Source: Balanoglossus misakiensis (taxonomy: Eukaryota > Animalia > Hemichordata). Taken from it: a stretch of DNA of 64,000 nt. The number at the start of each line of letters is the position of its first letter. The first letter of the stretch is position 1. Made by a program: the position numbers and the translations under genes. The notes under the pieces are model-generated. The model had not been told where the DNA came from, did no database searches, and worked only from the letters and a program-made list of their open reading frames with translations. Location: contig CM082577.2 in assembly GCA_040954595.2 (NCBI GenBank), positions 17,687,500-17,751,499 of the forward strand, read 5' to 3'. Of the stretch, positions 39,516 through 51,680 are shown in pieces.

Positions 39516-40134
39516 TATTATACGGTATTTCATTCGGTGAAATACCGCGTGTCGAACTATTTTTGAGACCACGCTGAAATCATCACATAGCGCGCGTTGA
39601 CTCAGTGATCCGCGCGAGCGACGTACGGGGCATAGGACTCTAGTGGGAGAGGGGTGTTGTAAAATTCGGTTATTAGAAGCTGTACTAAAGTTTTCAAAGC
39701 TGGCGGTTTTGTCATATTTAATGTATCATTTTTACTTCTTCGGAATTCTCCATGCGAAATAATTGTTAACATGATATTTTGAAAGAGAACGTAGACAATT
39801 TTATTTAGAATGCGGATGTGCCCATCGTAATGAAAGCTGCCAACCCCCTTAGAATAATACTACGGCCTACGCGTTGATCACCCGATCGCATCGCCTTGTC
39901 TCACTTGGCTATGGGCTACTGCCGTGATCCCAGGGCGCCCGGTTCAAATTTCTGGCCGTGAAATTGTTTTTCTCGGCGCATTTTCGCAAATCGTACTGTT
40001 TTATAGGTAGGCATGTATGATAAACACTGTGTATAGCAAAATATCACGCTACGTGTGACAGCAGCCAAGTGAGGCACCGGCGTTATGGTAGCATTTTGAG
40101 ATATGTTATAGTTCAGTATACATGTATAGGGGGA

Positions 40135-40354
40135 CAATTTTTTTGAACAGGAAGTTTCAATTCATTTCATTCCATCCGTTGCATCTTTGTCGAGTTAACA
40201 AAAATTGATTTTAGGGGGTATGCTGATACATTATGAGACTTGGGAAATTTTTTTGAACAGGAAGTTTCAATTCATTTCATTCCATCCGTTGCATCTTTGT
40301 CGAGTTAACAAAAATTGATTTTAGGGGGTATGCTGATACATTATGAGACTTGGG
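40135..40354. repeat. Tandem duplication of 110 bp
   Basis: ttttgaacaggaagtttc...gagacttggg repeated at 40141 and 40251. Confidence 0.95.
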
Positions 40355-41453
40355 GTGAATCCAACGATTAGTTTATATTATCCGCGGTCCTTAAAAAGTG
40401 TTTGCAAGAAAAAGTGACCCTCATCTGCATGTCACAGTCAACATTATTGTATCTTAATTAACTGATAATTTTTCATTTGTCCTTTAAACTACCAAAGTTT
40501 AATACATTTAACCTTTAAAATAATCAGTGACACTGTTATACAGGATTTCAAGTAATTCAAAAGATCATAAATCACATCAATAATTCACGTCTGCTAATTG
40601 AATTCAAATTTGCTATTCAGGCTGTAATGTTTACCTTCATTTTTCATCTGGTTTGTTTTGAACAAAGAACACTTTTTAAGTTTGTCAAGTTACCTATAAC
40701 AGCCTAAACGTCAATATTAAACAACGTATGCATAGAAATTCATGTATGCATCAAGTTTTGGTTTTACGGGAAATGTACACTCATGGTCAGTGGAGTGACC
40801 GTGGGAGACTAGATGAAATGTCATGAACCTTCAAAAATGGCGACCCACTCTAAAAACAAAGGCCTTACCCGTCTACAATTTCTGTCCTGTCCCTAGTTTC
40901 TTCTATTTGCTATTTCGTCGTTTCGCGATTATGTTGATTATAATTAGCCGTCTATATCTGTATGGGGGGGGGGAAGGCTGTCCATGTCACCTTCTGACTA
41001 TTGCCAGGACGGATAATTCAATCACCTGCCCAATATTCACAAGTTTTTATTACAACACTAATTAGCAGTATATATGCAATACTGCCCTTTATTTGTGGAG
41101 CAATAATTAGTTGATGGTTAACATTCTGAATAGAAATAAAGAGGTCTGCTACTCTGCTACTGTGCAGTATTACAATGTGATTTCAAGTGATTTATATGTC
41201 GGACTAGTTCATGGATTAAACAGTTAATTGACTTCACTTACGGAGCATGATACATTGCACGAAAGGAATTGGCGATATCTACCTACAATATATGATATGT
41301 CAATTCCATAACAGCTACACTGGGTCTTCATTCATCATTGACACAAGCATTTACAACATATGTTTGGCATATACTGGTCTCTCTGTTCGATATTTCAAGC
41401 CACAATGGCTGGAAAGAAAGCATTACATCACAACCGAATAATCTTGCTAGTTG

Positions 41454-42155
41454 TCATCCCATCTCATTGTACGGTGGTGGTGGCTCAATGTCCCCAATGT
41501 TTTCAGAAACACCTGGAAGGTCATCAGCAATGCTTTCATATGGAGGCGGAGGTTCTCCATAAACATTATCATCATTATACGGTGGAGGGTCACCCATATC
41601 TGTGCCATCACCAAAATCGGAATCTTGTTCATCGTCTGCCACAATATCACTTCGTGGACTAAAAATGTCAAATGGTGGTGAAATACTAAGTGAGGTTCCA
41701 TTGTAAGGAGGAGGCCCGACTCCATCAAGTTGTCCAGTGTCCGGAATAGGTAGGTCGTCTATATGACTGCTAGGATCTGATATAGGTGTGATGATGTCTC
41801 CCACAATAGCGGTCATTGACACAGGTGCTGTTCTCTCCCTATTTCTAATCTCTTGAATGTCGTTTCTACACAGGTAATGGTGAAAGCTCACCCTCTTTAT
41901 GCATGACAAGGCAACAATAAAACAGGCCAGACATCCGAATATGGCCGATAGAATGCAAATAATGTAGAGCGTCCTATCTGATGGTGGATAACTAGCATTC
42001 CACACTCCAACTATGAAGCTGACAACACCAAGCGAAAACATCATAATCTTTCGACTGTGTTCCTTGAAACAAGGAGGTAGAAATTCCATACGAGCTGCAT
42101 GGTTCTGATTCAAATTTGCAACAGAAGTCAGCATTTTCGAGACTGTCGGTGACAT
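41454..42155 (-). CDS. Two-TM membrane protein B (233 aa) with four PPxY motifs, CDS in one exon
   Basis: TM1 IMMFSLGVVSFIVGVW, TM2 LYIICILSAIFGCLACFIVALSCI; acidic tail with GPPPY, DPPPY, EPPPPY, EPPPPY; acceptor ttatttgcag| at 42391. Confidence 0.88.
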   Translation of the reverse strand: MSPTVSKMLTSVANLNQNHAARMEFLPPCFKEHSRKIMMFSLGVVSFIVGVWNASYPPSDRTLYIICILSAIFGCLACFIVALSCIKRVSFHHYLCRNDIQEIRNRERTAPVSMTAIVGDIITPISDPSSHIDDLPIPDTGQLDGVGPPPYNGTSLSISPPFDIFSPRSDIVADDEQDSDFGDGTDMGDPPPYNDDNVYGEPPPPYESIADDLPGVSENIGDIEPPPPYNEMG

Positions 42156-42428
42156 CTCAATACAGAGTAACTCCAGCAGGACAAGCTATTGTCTCTCAAT
42201 GTGAAGCTGTTGTATAGCATCGCGTTTGGTTTTCAAAAATGACAAAAGTCTTGAATATTTAAGAAAATCAGGGACGCTCCTTCCGCTGTCCAATATCGTA
42301 AACACATATGTTGTCTGTGGTTGGATGGGCTTTAGGTTAGAAGCGATGAGTCCAATGAAATGGGTAATTCCTGAAGTACCACAAATATAAACTGCAAATA
42401 ATAAACATTTAATGAGTAAGTATTTAAA

Positions 42429-42478
42429 CGGCGGCGGTGGTGGTGGTGGTGGTGGTGGTGGTGGTGGTGATGATGATA
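42429..42478. repeat. (GGT)n trinucleotide microsatellite
   Basis: Direct reading; explains the poly-Pro ORF in the track. Confidence 0.95.
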
Positions 42479-43442
42479 ATGATTTAAAAATTAGGACTGC
42501 CACATGACACTAAGCCAATAGTAAAATGAAAATGTTATTTATTAATACATGTATATAGTTTGCGATACATATATGAGGATTTTTGAGTGAAACCCCTGTT
42601 TTGGCATCAAAGATAGCAAGTCAGAGAATAGCCGAAAGTTCATTGGTTAGACCATTCAAGGTCAATTGTAGATACAGAGATGTATACTAAATATGACACA
42701 TATCTGTTACTGAAATGATGAGTGACAGCATTCCTAGATTTTACTCACAACGGCCCCTTGTGAAAATGCGCCAAACAAACAGATGTATACTTGTCTAAAA
42801 AAACCGTCGTGCATACAAACTACAGAAATTCCGGATCCAAGCACACTTCTAGCCCGAGGTATTTAGAATGTCAAGTTACACGTATACATGTAATAGCACT
42901 ATTTCCATATTGGATGCAAACATCCTCTCTAACGTTGTATGCATACTCTATTGAGCCCAGGTGGAAATTACTGTATAAGTAATGTGGCTGATCATAAAAT
43001 GTCTAAATGAATAATTCATTAATCAATTAAATAAATAAATAAATAAATTCTGGTAAAATAATTCGGAATCTTTTCCCCGCTGCTATGCAGAAGAGACCTA
43101 AAACTAGTTCCGCTGTCCCCATAGCCCAAACTATTGGTTCTGACTTGTTGCTGCATTGTGCAATGGACATTTCAAGTTCACTTAAAACCTGCTCACTTCT
43201 GGCTCTGCAGTACAACAGTCGTGAAGTATTTAATTTGCTAAACTTTGACCACAGTTTACGTATACTTGAAGTATACTTTCTCATCGCTCATTTCAATAAG
43301 GGACTAATTTTGTGTTTTAACCAAATTACACTTGAACATATCATTTCGGGTCATAATTAACAGCTGTACCGTGCGAGGAATGTACGCTACCCATTCCGGA
43401 CATCTGATATTATTACTTATCAGTGCCAATGGATCAAGATAA

Positions 43443-43444
43443 TA

Positions 43445-43536
<92 letters not shown>

Positions 43537-43537
43537 A
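43443..43537. repeat. (GAAA)n microsatellite
   Basis: Direct reading. Confidence 0.98.
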
Positions 43538-44064
43538 ATTATCATAATGGTTATAATAATACGTGACCACATGACACTCACTTTGACACACCGACATAAC
43601 AATATCTCCAATAGCAGCGACATTGAAGCAGAAATAAAGACTGTGTCTGTAAATTATAAGACACCATTACCCGACTGGTTAAGACATTAGTCACGGTAAA
43701 TGGTAGCTCTAACTTTTGGTGATTGTTTCACTATTTTCTTTTTTTGCAACAAATGCTGTTTCTTGTTCTACTCACTAAAACAAATCTTAGCGCCAAGATT
43801 GAGCTGTTCAACAAAGTGTGCAGACTTGTAAAGTGAACTAAATTTTAGTCCGGACTAAAATTATTATATTATCAACAGTTACAGATACTATGCCTTAAAT
43901 TTGGTGATATGCCTTAACTAACTATGCCTTAAATTTGTGTTTCTTATCTTCATGCCAAACGATAGAGGGCGCGTGTGCCCAAACACCAAACCGAACGCAG
44001 AGCAATTAGGGATCCCCCTTTGTATCAATTTAGTTTGCTTAGAGCGGGTGAACGTAATTTGCAC

Positions 44065-44490
44065 TTTGTAAAAAATTGTTCTTGTGGCATCATTTCCTTG
44101 TGTTAAGAAAGGAGCTTTTGTCAGAATCGATTATGCATACTTTTCCCGACGAGGCAGAGGTTGAAGCGTTCTGTTTCCTGTGTATGCAGCGTTCCTATGG
44201 TGACAAGAAATCAGCTGGTGTTGTATGTTTGTCCCCTTTGTATCAGGTTCCAGATATATTTAGAGAGTTCAGTGCTGTTTTCATGCTTTTTATGGTTGGT
44301 CATATAATTGTGGTTGATGTAGCGGCTTTTGAAGGTTTATTCTGTTAGGCTGAAATCGGTTTGGGTGTCTTCATTGCCTGTTCTTACTGTAGCTTTGTAT
44401 GTAACAGATCTTAACTGACAGTTTCCACCAACTAGGGCATTGATCTTTCTTTCGGCAATTGCTGGTTTTCTGCTTTTATTCTGATACAAG
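44065..44490 (-). mobile_element. Penelope-like retroelement relic (C-terminal GIY-YIG endonuclease)
   Basis: NCRKKDQCP/GGNCQLRSVTYKATV...LTE*TFKSRYINH...HENSTELSKYIWNL...FNLCL..KVCIIDSDKSSFLNTR matches the Penelope-like endonuclease pattern; stops and frameshifts. Confidence 0.85.
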
Positions 44491-44514
44491 TACATACACA
44501 CAGACGCGCGCATA

Positions 44515-44520
44515 CGTACG

Positions 44521-44552
<32 letters not shown>

Positions 44553-44745
44553 TACATACATACATACATACATACATACATACATACATACATACATACA
44601 TACATACATACATACATACATTCATACATTCATACATACATACATACATACATACATACATACATACATACATACATACATACATACATACATACATACA
44701 TACATACATACATACATACATACATACAGAGAGACAGACAGACAA
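44515..44745. repeat. Compound microsatellite (TGCG)n(TACA)n
   Basis: Direct reading. Confidence 0.98.
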
Positions 44746-47507
44746 GACTCTTGCCACGTACGTGTATGACCCAAGATATTTATGACTATAGGCCTTATCA
44801 CATTTATCATTCACAATATACATGTGGACGACGATGAACGGCCTTCTTGACGACTTGCAGTAAAATGTTCACATATTGATGTCGACATTAGTTTAAGTAT
44901 TAGTAGTTGAAGTATCAGTTAAATGAATGAAATTTCATTATCTGTGATGTACTATTAAGAAATGAATGTTAACGGTATTAGATAATATAAGAAATGTGAT
45001 TGTTGCCGACGTTAGACAAATCATTACTGTATCCGAACACACCAACAAGCGAACGCTTATCACCAGATGCTTTTTGAATTAATTAATTCAAAGACTTTGG
45101 AAATGCCACTTACGACCTTCAGTTTTATGAACTCGTGACCTACCATAGTGAGTGTACTGCATGATTGCACTCGTTTCCACCTACTGATCCAAAACACCCT
45201 GTGTGGCCCCGGCTTCAAATTCACAGCGGTAACGTACAATAAAATGCACCGATTTGTTACCATAACAACCATTAAACTGATATAATGAGGACATGAAATG
45301 CAAAAGTGTAATAAAACCTTTTGGAACACGATAAGCAGATTGTTACAGCTCAAGAGAGATACTTAGGCGGTGGCCATGTTTTGAACACTTTCTTGAAAGC
45401 GTTCAAGGTGAGATGTATATATGTGTAGCCTCAGCAGTATCTATACAGAGTCTTGGAGGAAATGCCACCAATCCCAATGTGTATTGAATACAGAAGTGAA
45501 AGAGCGTTCTATTTAGATTACAGTGGCCTACTTCTCGTATTGACGTTAAAGAGTCCATTTTTGACAAAAGGAGAGCTCTACCATAAAACCCGTATTCATG
45601 CATTCAACCCTAATTCCACCCAGTTGTTGTAGAGCTCATATGCAAGGAGTGCACAGGCAATGTGATAATAAAGATGACACTTACATTCTGACCATCATTC
45701 CATGCCAACAGCGTTTCTCCGTCCAAATGCTAAACGTAAAGACATTCAAGTTCAACATTCCCACGCCTATTATTCCCAAAGCAAAACGTCAGCGGGATGT
45801 TAAACCTTGAATTGTAGACGTCGTCAATCAGCTGATATCATAACATCCGATACATGTGAAAACCTACGGCTACCGAACGACCGTCTACACACCCAAACGC
45901 GCATGTGCAGTGAACCAAGTTGTCTATTTCCCTATTTGTTACAGTATGTCTTACACTACATAGATCGATGTTACTTTTGTCTACTTTTTGTAAGTATGTT
46001 TCAGTGTAACAGCTCTGGATATCTTTATGAAATAAGCATATATATGAATAATGGCGTCGTTATTATTATTCACAAATGAGTGCAAGTATGGTCGTGAATA
46101 CAATTTTCAACAATAAGAATGACATTGAACTTGAACGTTTGTTTACGCACTTATATGAATGGCAGGAAACGTTATGTATTGACGGTGTAAACTAATCTCT
46201 TATTCTCTACGCTATAACATCATGCCTGTGTTACAAAACAGAACTCTTACTTCACAAACGAAAAATAAGATGAAACGAATACCACATGGATTGCAACAAA
46301 AGAGGAATACAGAACGATAAAATGTCACATTAAGTATTCGCATACTCTTCTGCATCAGTAGGTGCAACGCCTGTGCATACCACTGTATAGTGTACTAAAA
46401 CCATCATACATTCTGAAAGGCACATGAGCTACTGCAATATTTGTGATAATTATCATATTTTCTTCAACCTGTACTACCTTTAACCCATAAGGACTTATGT
46501 ACTGAAGTATATACAAGTATTATAGACCCTAATGTATGAGTGCATATGAACGTTTTAACCAGAAAAATAATAAAGATTTGTCGCAAAGGAATATGGCCAC
46601 CACCTTGGGAAAATGCAAAAATCAATAAAAATGTTATATTTCCTACTATGAATCTCCATAAACAAAACATAATCTCATCCACTGGAACTCATGGAAGTAG
46701 AGGTACTCCAATGAGAAATTATATTTTCATTTTTCATTGCAATATTTCACCTTTTTTTTAATGCGCGAATTTTTGACTGTACAGATATTTCTTTGATTTT
46801 GGGCTATTTTGTCATAAATATCTCTGTATACGTAGAATATTTTAGCATAAGTCTCATTATAAAATATTATAGCCTAATACCACATATTGTAATGGTTTCA
46901 AACGCTGTGTCAATTTATCGTGTGCTATTGTGGTATTCAGTACCAAAATCAACTCTTTGAAATAGATCTTGATTTTCAGTTAGGTAAGAGTTCCTTTGAA
47001 GTCTTTAGTATACTCATTTATACCACTTCGGGGAAAGACAGTGTCACAGTGTAATTGAAGTCCTTGTTTGATGGTACCACGAACATGTGTCAGTATCTTG
47101 GAGAACAGTTTGATGACCTTGCGATAAACCTAGCTTTGATTGGTGTTTTGTTGAGTTGAGGTGGTCATTTTCACATTTTTGGGGTTCAATATTGATATTG
47201 TCATGAATGTCCAATTGTCGCGTTCACCCCAGTCACATAAAAACCACCGACAGACCATCGATTGTAAATGAAAGAATGTTCTCAAACGAGAAACATGAAA
47301 AGATTATTGTGGCTTATTCTTTAGATTATAAGTAAAAGTCTCCGTTTAAAATGACACGGACGATGCAAATATATACATTAGCTAAATACAATTCTCTAAA
47401 CGCCTCCAAACATCTTCAGTTTAACTTGAAACTTGGAAACTGAACTGACTCAAACGTGAAGACCCACGAATTCTGTGAGCTTCATTGTCATGTTTCATTT
47501 TACAGAG

Positions 47508-48122
47508 TTAATTTGTAGCGATGGTCTGCCCTGGTTCAACCACGATTATTTCATGATTGGCAGATTCTTCATATGGAGGAGGTGGGTCTTCATGTATAAT
47601 AGCAATGTTGCTTTGTAAGTTAACGCCCTCTGCATTCTCCTCACTCATCATGGAGACATTATTGTCTCTGCCTTCGAGTATAATGTCTTCATATGAAGGG
47701 AGACCCGGAATGACGTCAGGAGACACAAGTTCAATGTCCTGCCGCTGCTCAGAAATATGCGCCTCAGATTGCCAACGATTCATCAACTGGCTTCGTCTCA
47801 GCATATACCTGGCTGTCTTGCGACGTGTCGCTGTCCTGGACATTACAATACCAACGATAATGGCAATGAGAGAGAGGGCGATTAATACGGGGCCAAGGTA
47901 TGTTAAGATTAGACCGAATTCATCCTCTTCATTTCCGTTGTCCCGTGACATGGTCATCAATGTCGTCAAGGCAATCATTGGTATGAGAACCACAAACCCT
48001 ATGGCAATAAAGGCAACACCACACCACGAAATACAAGCGTATTTTTTGTATCTCTTGTCTTGAATTATTCGATGATGAATATTTGTTGGGGTGTGAGTTA
48101 CACGGGACGTGTTGGTGGACAT
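47508..48122 (-). CDS. Two-TM membrane protein C (204 aa) with LPSY and PPPPY motifs, CDS in one exon
   Basis: KRYKK before TM1 (SWCGVAFIAIGFVVLIPMIAL), TM2 LTYLGPVLIALSLIAIIVGIVM, basic RRK stop-transfer; acceptor ttcgtctacag| at 48215. Confidence 0.9.
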   Translation of the reverse strand: MSTNTSRVTHTPTNIHHRIIQDKRYKKYACISWCGVAFIAIGFVVLIPMIALTTLMTMSRDNGNEEDEFGLILTYLGPVLIALSLIAIIVGIVMSRTATRRKTARYMLRRSQLMNRWQSEAHISEQRQDIELVSPDVIPGLPSYEDIILEGRDNNVSMMSEENAEGVNLQSNIAIIHEDPPPPYEESANHEIIVVEPGQTIATN

Positions 48123-49006
48123 TGTTTATGAATTGTGGCAGGAAATCGGGAAAAGTTTATGCCTTATTTGAAAGCCTCTGTTCAATTCCCAGTAGACTCC
48201 AGTAAACAGTTCAAACTGTAGACGAAAAAGAACAAAAGTCACCATATTAAATCTGGCTAATCACACATGTATATATAAAGCATGGTGTGTATAATATGTA
48301 GAGTTGAGCAATGAGCCCGAGCGCATACATGCTTAAAGTATGTGACATCTTAGGACTAATAGGAGCCATTGAAATTCAACTACAAATCCTTAAGTGTTGT
48401 AGGTGCAGTAATTTTGTCACCCGAACAGAATGGCCTGTTTCTCCTGTCAAGGGTCATCCTGTATCGAAAAGCTTGATTAGGAGGTCAATGTATTTTTTGC
48501 TGTAAGCGAGTAGGCCTACAGATCCCTTTTATTCGCCCATAATTCCATCAAAATGCTTCAAACAAACAATAGATTGTATTTTAGCGCGACCTTCAGCCGA
48601 GTAAACTATAGTAAATTTAGCAAACCACCTTGCGTAATATTGACTTCTTTTCATTCACATTTAACGCCATCACATGGATTACGTCATTTCCTAATAGTTT
48701 ACTTTAATAGGTCCCATCAGCCAAGTTGACAAGTTGTCAAAGATATAATTGTCTCAAATAAATTACATTAAATGTCAACTAGAAAAGAATTCGCCTGCCT
48801 TCACTATAATAGTGTGGTCCTGTGGATACAATTGCAGAGCAATTTGAAATGGCCCCTTACACCTTTTGAGTAGACAGTGGACACGTAGCCATATGTATTT
48901 GAACCCCACCGTATCAGTCTGGCATACATACCAAATGTAACCAGTAAGCAAATATATAAATGCTAATACTCTGGACAAACGACAAACGGACGAACGAAAC
49001 TCTTAC

Positions 49007-49087
49007 CGTCTTCTCTAATAAGTCGACCGTCGCCCCCAGCGCCGAATTTGCGGTCGTGTTCTTGAGATCGTACAGTAATATTTATCC
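49007..49087 (-). other. Candidate 5'UTR exon of gene C
   Basis: cctttattcaag| acceptor and ACG|gtaaga donor. Confidence 0.4.
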
Positions 49088-49849
49088 CTTGAATAAAGGA
49101 ATTCATTCTGCTGGTTTTATCTTGTGCCAAAGTAAATATGATTCGTCTGTATTCTCTTTGCACATTGCACCCTGGTTAGTATCAGCTGTTAATATTTTAC
49201 ACGCGTGATCTTTCTACCATTGATACATGTTATAGCGATACCCAAACAGCACACAAAATCTCCAAATTAAACGAAAATTACATGTAAGTTGGAGCTTGAT
49301 CTGTGATTCTGTGTAGTCATCTGTAACACAAAAGTTCCAAAATCCGTATGTTTATTTTATTTATTTACATAATTCATTCATAACAAACACACAAGGTATA
49401 TCTACCATAGGAAAGGATGACTGGAACAGGGGCGACTCACCTATACAAATTAAAGTGGCTCCTTGCTCAAGGGCACAGCATCATCCTCAGATAGAAAATC
49501 CACGGCCATGTCCGCCATAAATTGCAAAAGTTTGTAAGCATTTGGTGACACTATATAGGGTGGAAAAACATAAAAAATAGTATTTATTGTAAAATCATAA
49601 AGAAGCAAAACATGTGCATTTGGATGCCACGAAACAGTAGAACTTTGCACATATAGTTTTCTAAGCCATACATCTCTTTATTTGCATCTGCATATAAACC
49701 ATATCAATTTCACAATATGATTGCAATCTGCAGAGTCACAAATTATTCTTATAAACTACTATACTGTAGCTGAAATTGGGAATGTACATGTATTATAGAA
49801 TTTCCTTTACATAAAATATTCGTCTCGTATAAGTCAGTGGGGCCCGTAT

Positions 49850-50260
49850 GTACGTGTCAATTTCTGAGCAATCTATAACTGATGACTCTGGAGAAGATTT
49901 GCTCCTTCTAACATCAATACACATGTCTTTTGTTTTACTAATATTCAATTGTAGGAAAGATCTGTTACACCACTCGAAAAAAATCATCTACTATGTGACA
50001 GTGGCCGGTCAATAAGCTGAAAATAGCCGAGTAGTCAGCAAACGTCAAAATATGTTCATTCTCCTGTTGACTTCTACAGTCGTCAGTGTACAAGATATAT
50101 AGCAGGGGAAACAGAACACAACCTTGAGGTGAACCCGTAGAAATAAAGCGCATCTTTGACATACACCTGTTGACCTTCACCGTCACACTGAGATCTGTTT
50201 GTTAAAAAAATCTAAAATCCATCCGACTAATTAAAAATGCAAATTGAAATGTGCAACAGC
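49850..50260 (-). mobile_element. Rex1/Babar-type LINE reverse transcriptase relic
   Basis: STGSPQGCVLFPLLYILYTDDCRS...ILTFADYSAIFSLL...WCNRSFLQLNISKTKDMCIDVRRS. Confidence 0.85.
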
Positions 50261-50537
50261 AACACAATCCATGATCATTCCATCAAACACGCCGTGGTAA
50301 ACTTAAAACAGGACGGTTGAAGATTAATATAAAAATACGATATAACAACCACCAGTGTCACTGCTGTTGGAAACAGCGCCCTCTATTTAGAAAATGGTAC
50401 TTAAGTCAGAAAGTTGACACAGACTCCCCCATACCATTAAACCATTACAATTACTAATTTTAGAAATTACTTCACCTAATTCGATGAAAATAGCTACCAG
50501 TCTTTCCCTATCGAAGCTCTGACTGCTGTGAGACATT

Positions 50538-50695
50538 TAGACTCTCTCACAGCCCCTCTCGTCGTCCATGCAGGCTTATGGACTGATTGCATGTGTGTAG
50601 CTACAAAACACCATATGGGGCTTCTCCTTTGCTAAACAGTTGAGGGCGCATCAGTGAAGAGCCTTGTAGCAAACCGTGGGCTGTGAGAGAGTCTA
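50538..50695. mobile_element. 158-bp MITE with TAG...CTA termini and 9-bp TSD (AcademH-like non-autonomous)
   Basis: TGAGACATT-tagactctctcacagccc ... gggctgtgagagagtcta-TGAGACATT. Confidence 0.85.
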
Positions 50696-51573
50696 TGAGA
50701 CATTCAGCAGTGAAATTCTGAATTTTTGGTTCTTTTCCGAACTCGAGACTGATTGACTGAATACTGATGTGACTAAAGTAGACTTTCATTCAATTTGATA
50801 CAATTATATTCCACATCCAGGGGTACCATACAGAGCTTAGCTTACAGCTAGACTTGGGTCACGAATATGAACAATAGGATAAGACAAAAACTTCAATATG
50901 TTTCGCAAAGAGTCGAACATCAGCAAAAGTCAGACAATGTGATGATATTTCCAGCCCTTACCGAAAGACCAAAATGATATCATGACAGCATTTTTTGTCT
51001 AAAAAACTATCTCTATTTCTGAATATGCCCTCGACCTTGAATATTAGATTTCGTTGTATTGATGTTTAAATGACTTCGTTGAAAAAATGTTTAGCAGACA
51101 TTGAAACTGGACCTGTGAATTTTTGTCAGAAATGTTAAACTGACACTGATACTATGTTGGACAGTAAATATGAAACTTGGGTCGATAATATGACTTCACC
51201 TAAACTCAATCACATAAAAAGCCGGTACTTGTTGATACAAAGACGTGGGCGCAAAGTAGGGAGGGGTTATAGTCGACCCCACTTACTGATAACAACATTT
51301 CTAACAGCTGGCTTGTTGAATAATAATATGTTAAACACTAACGTACTTCGTGAGATTCAACCTCGGGTATTAATCACGTAGCAAGGATGTCCGCGCACAG
51401 AAAAGGTCGACCACCACGGCAACCAAAACAGTTACCTCAAACCAAGATTGGAAAATGGACGTGCATAAGCAACCATTTCAATTAGTGAACATTATAGGTA
51501 CACTGAATTTTTGTGTTGTTGTCCGTGTGTTGTTGTTTTGTGTTAATATTTGACATTCCTATCTTTACTCTAG

Positions 51574-51680
51574 GTTAGTGATTTCGGCCAATGCACAAGT
51601 AATGAAAAGTTCGTTGGATACTCTTTCGTGTAGCTGTCATATCGGTACGATATAGTGTATATCATATCGAATCCTTGCTG
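51574..51680 (+). other. Candidate 5'UTR exon of gene D
   Basis: ctttactctag| acceptor and GG|gtaaag donor. Confidence 0.35.

Noticed and set aside
42186-42503. Poly-proline ORF
   Set aside because: Poly-Pro comes from a (GGT)n repeat upstream of the 42391 acceptor; the rest is the probable 5'UTR of gene B
43304-43623. FFLS-repeat hydrophobic ORFs
   Set aside because: (GAAA)n microsatellite
43900-43990. Hammerhead ribozyme downstream of the Penelope relic
   Set aside because: No intact CTGANGA...GAAA core could be read
44337-44837. MYVC/HTYI-repeat ORFs
   Set aside because: Translations of the (TACA)n/(TGCG)n microsatellite
47557-48063. Antisense ORFs over genes C, B, E, F and the Tigger transposase
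   Set aside because: Shadow frames of real coding sequence, with no independent support
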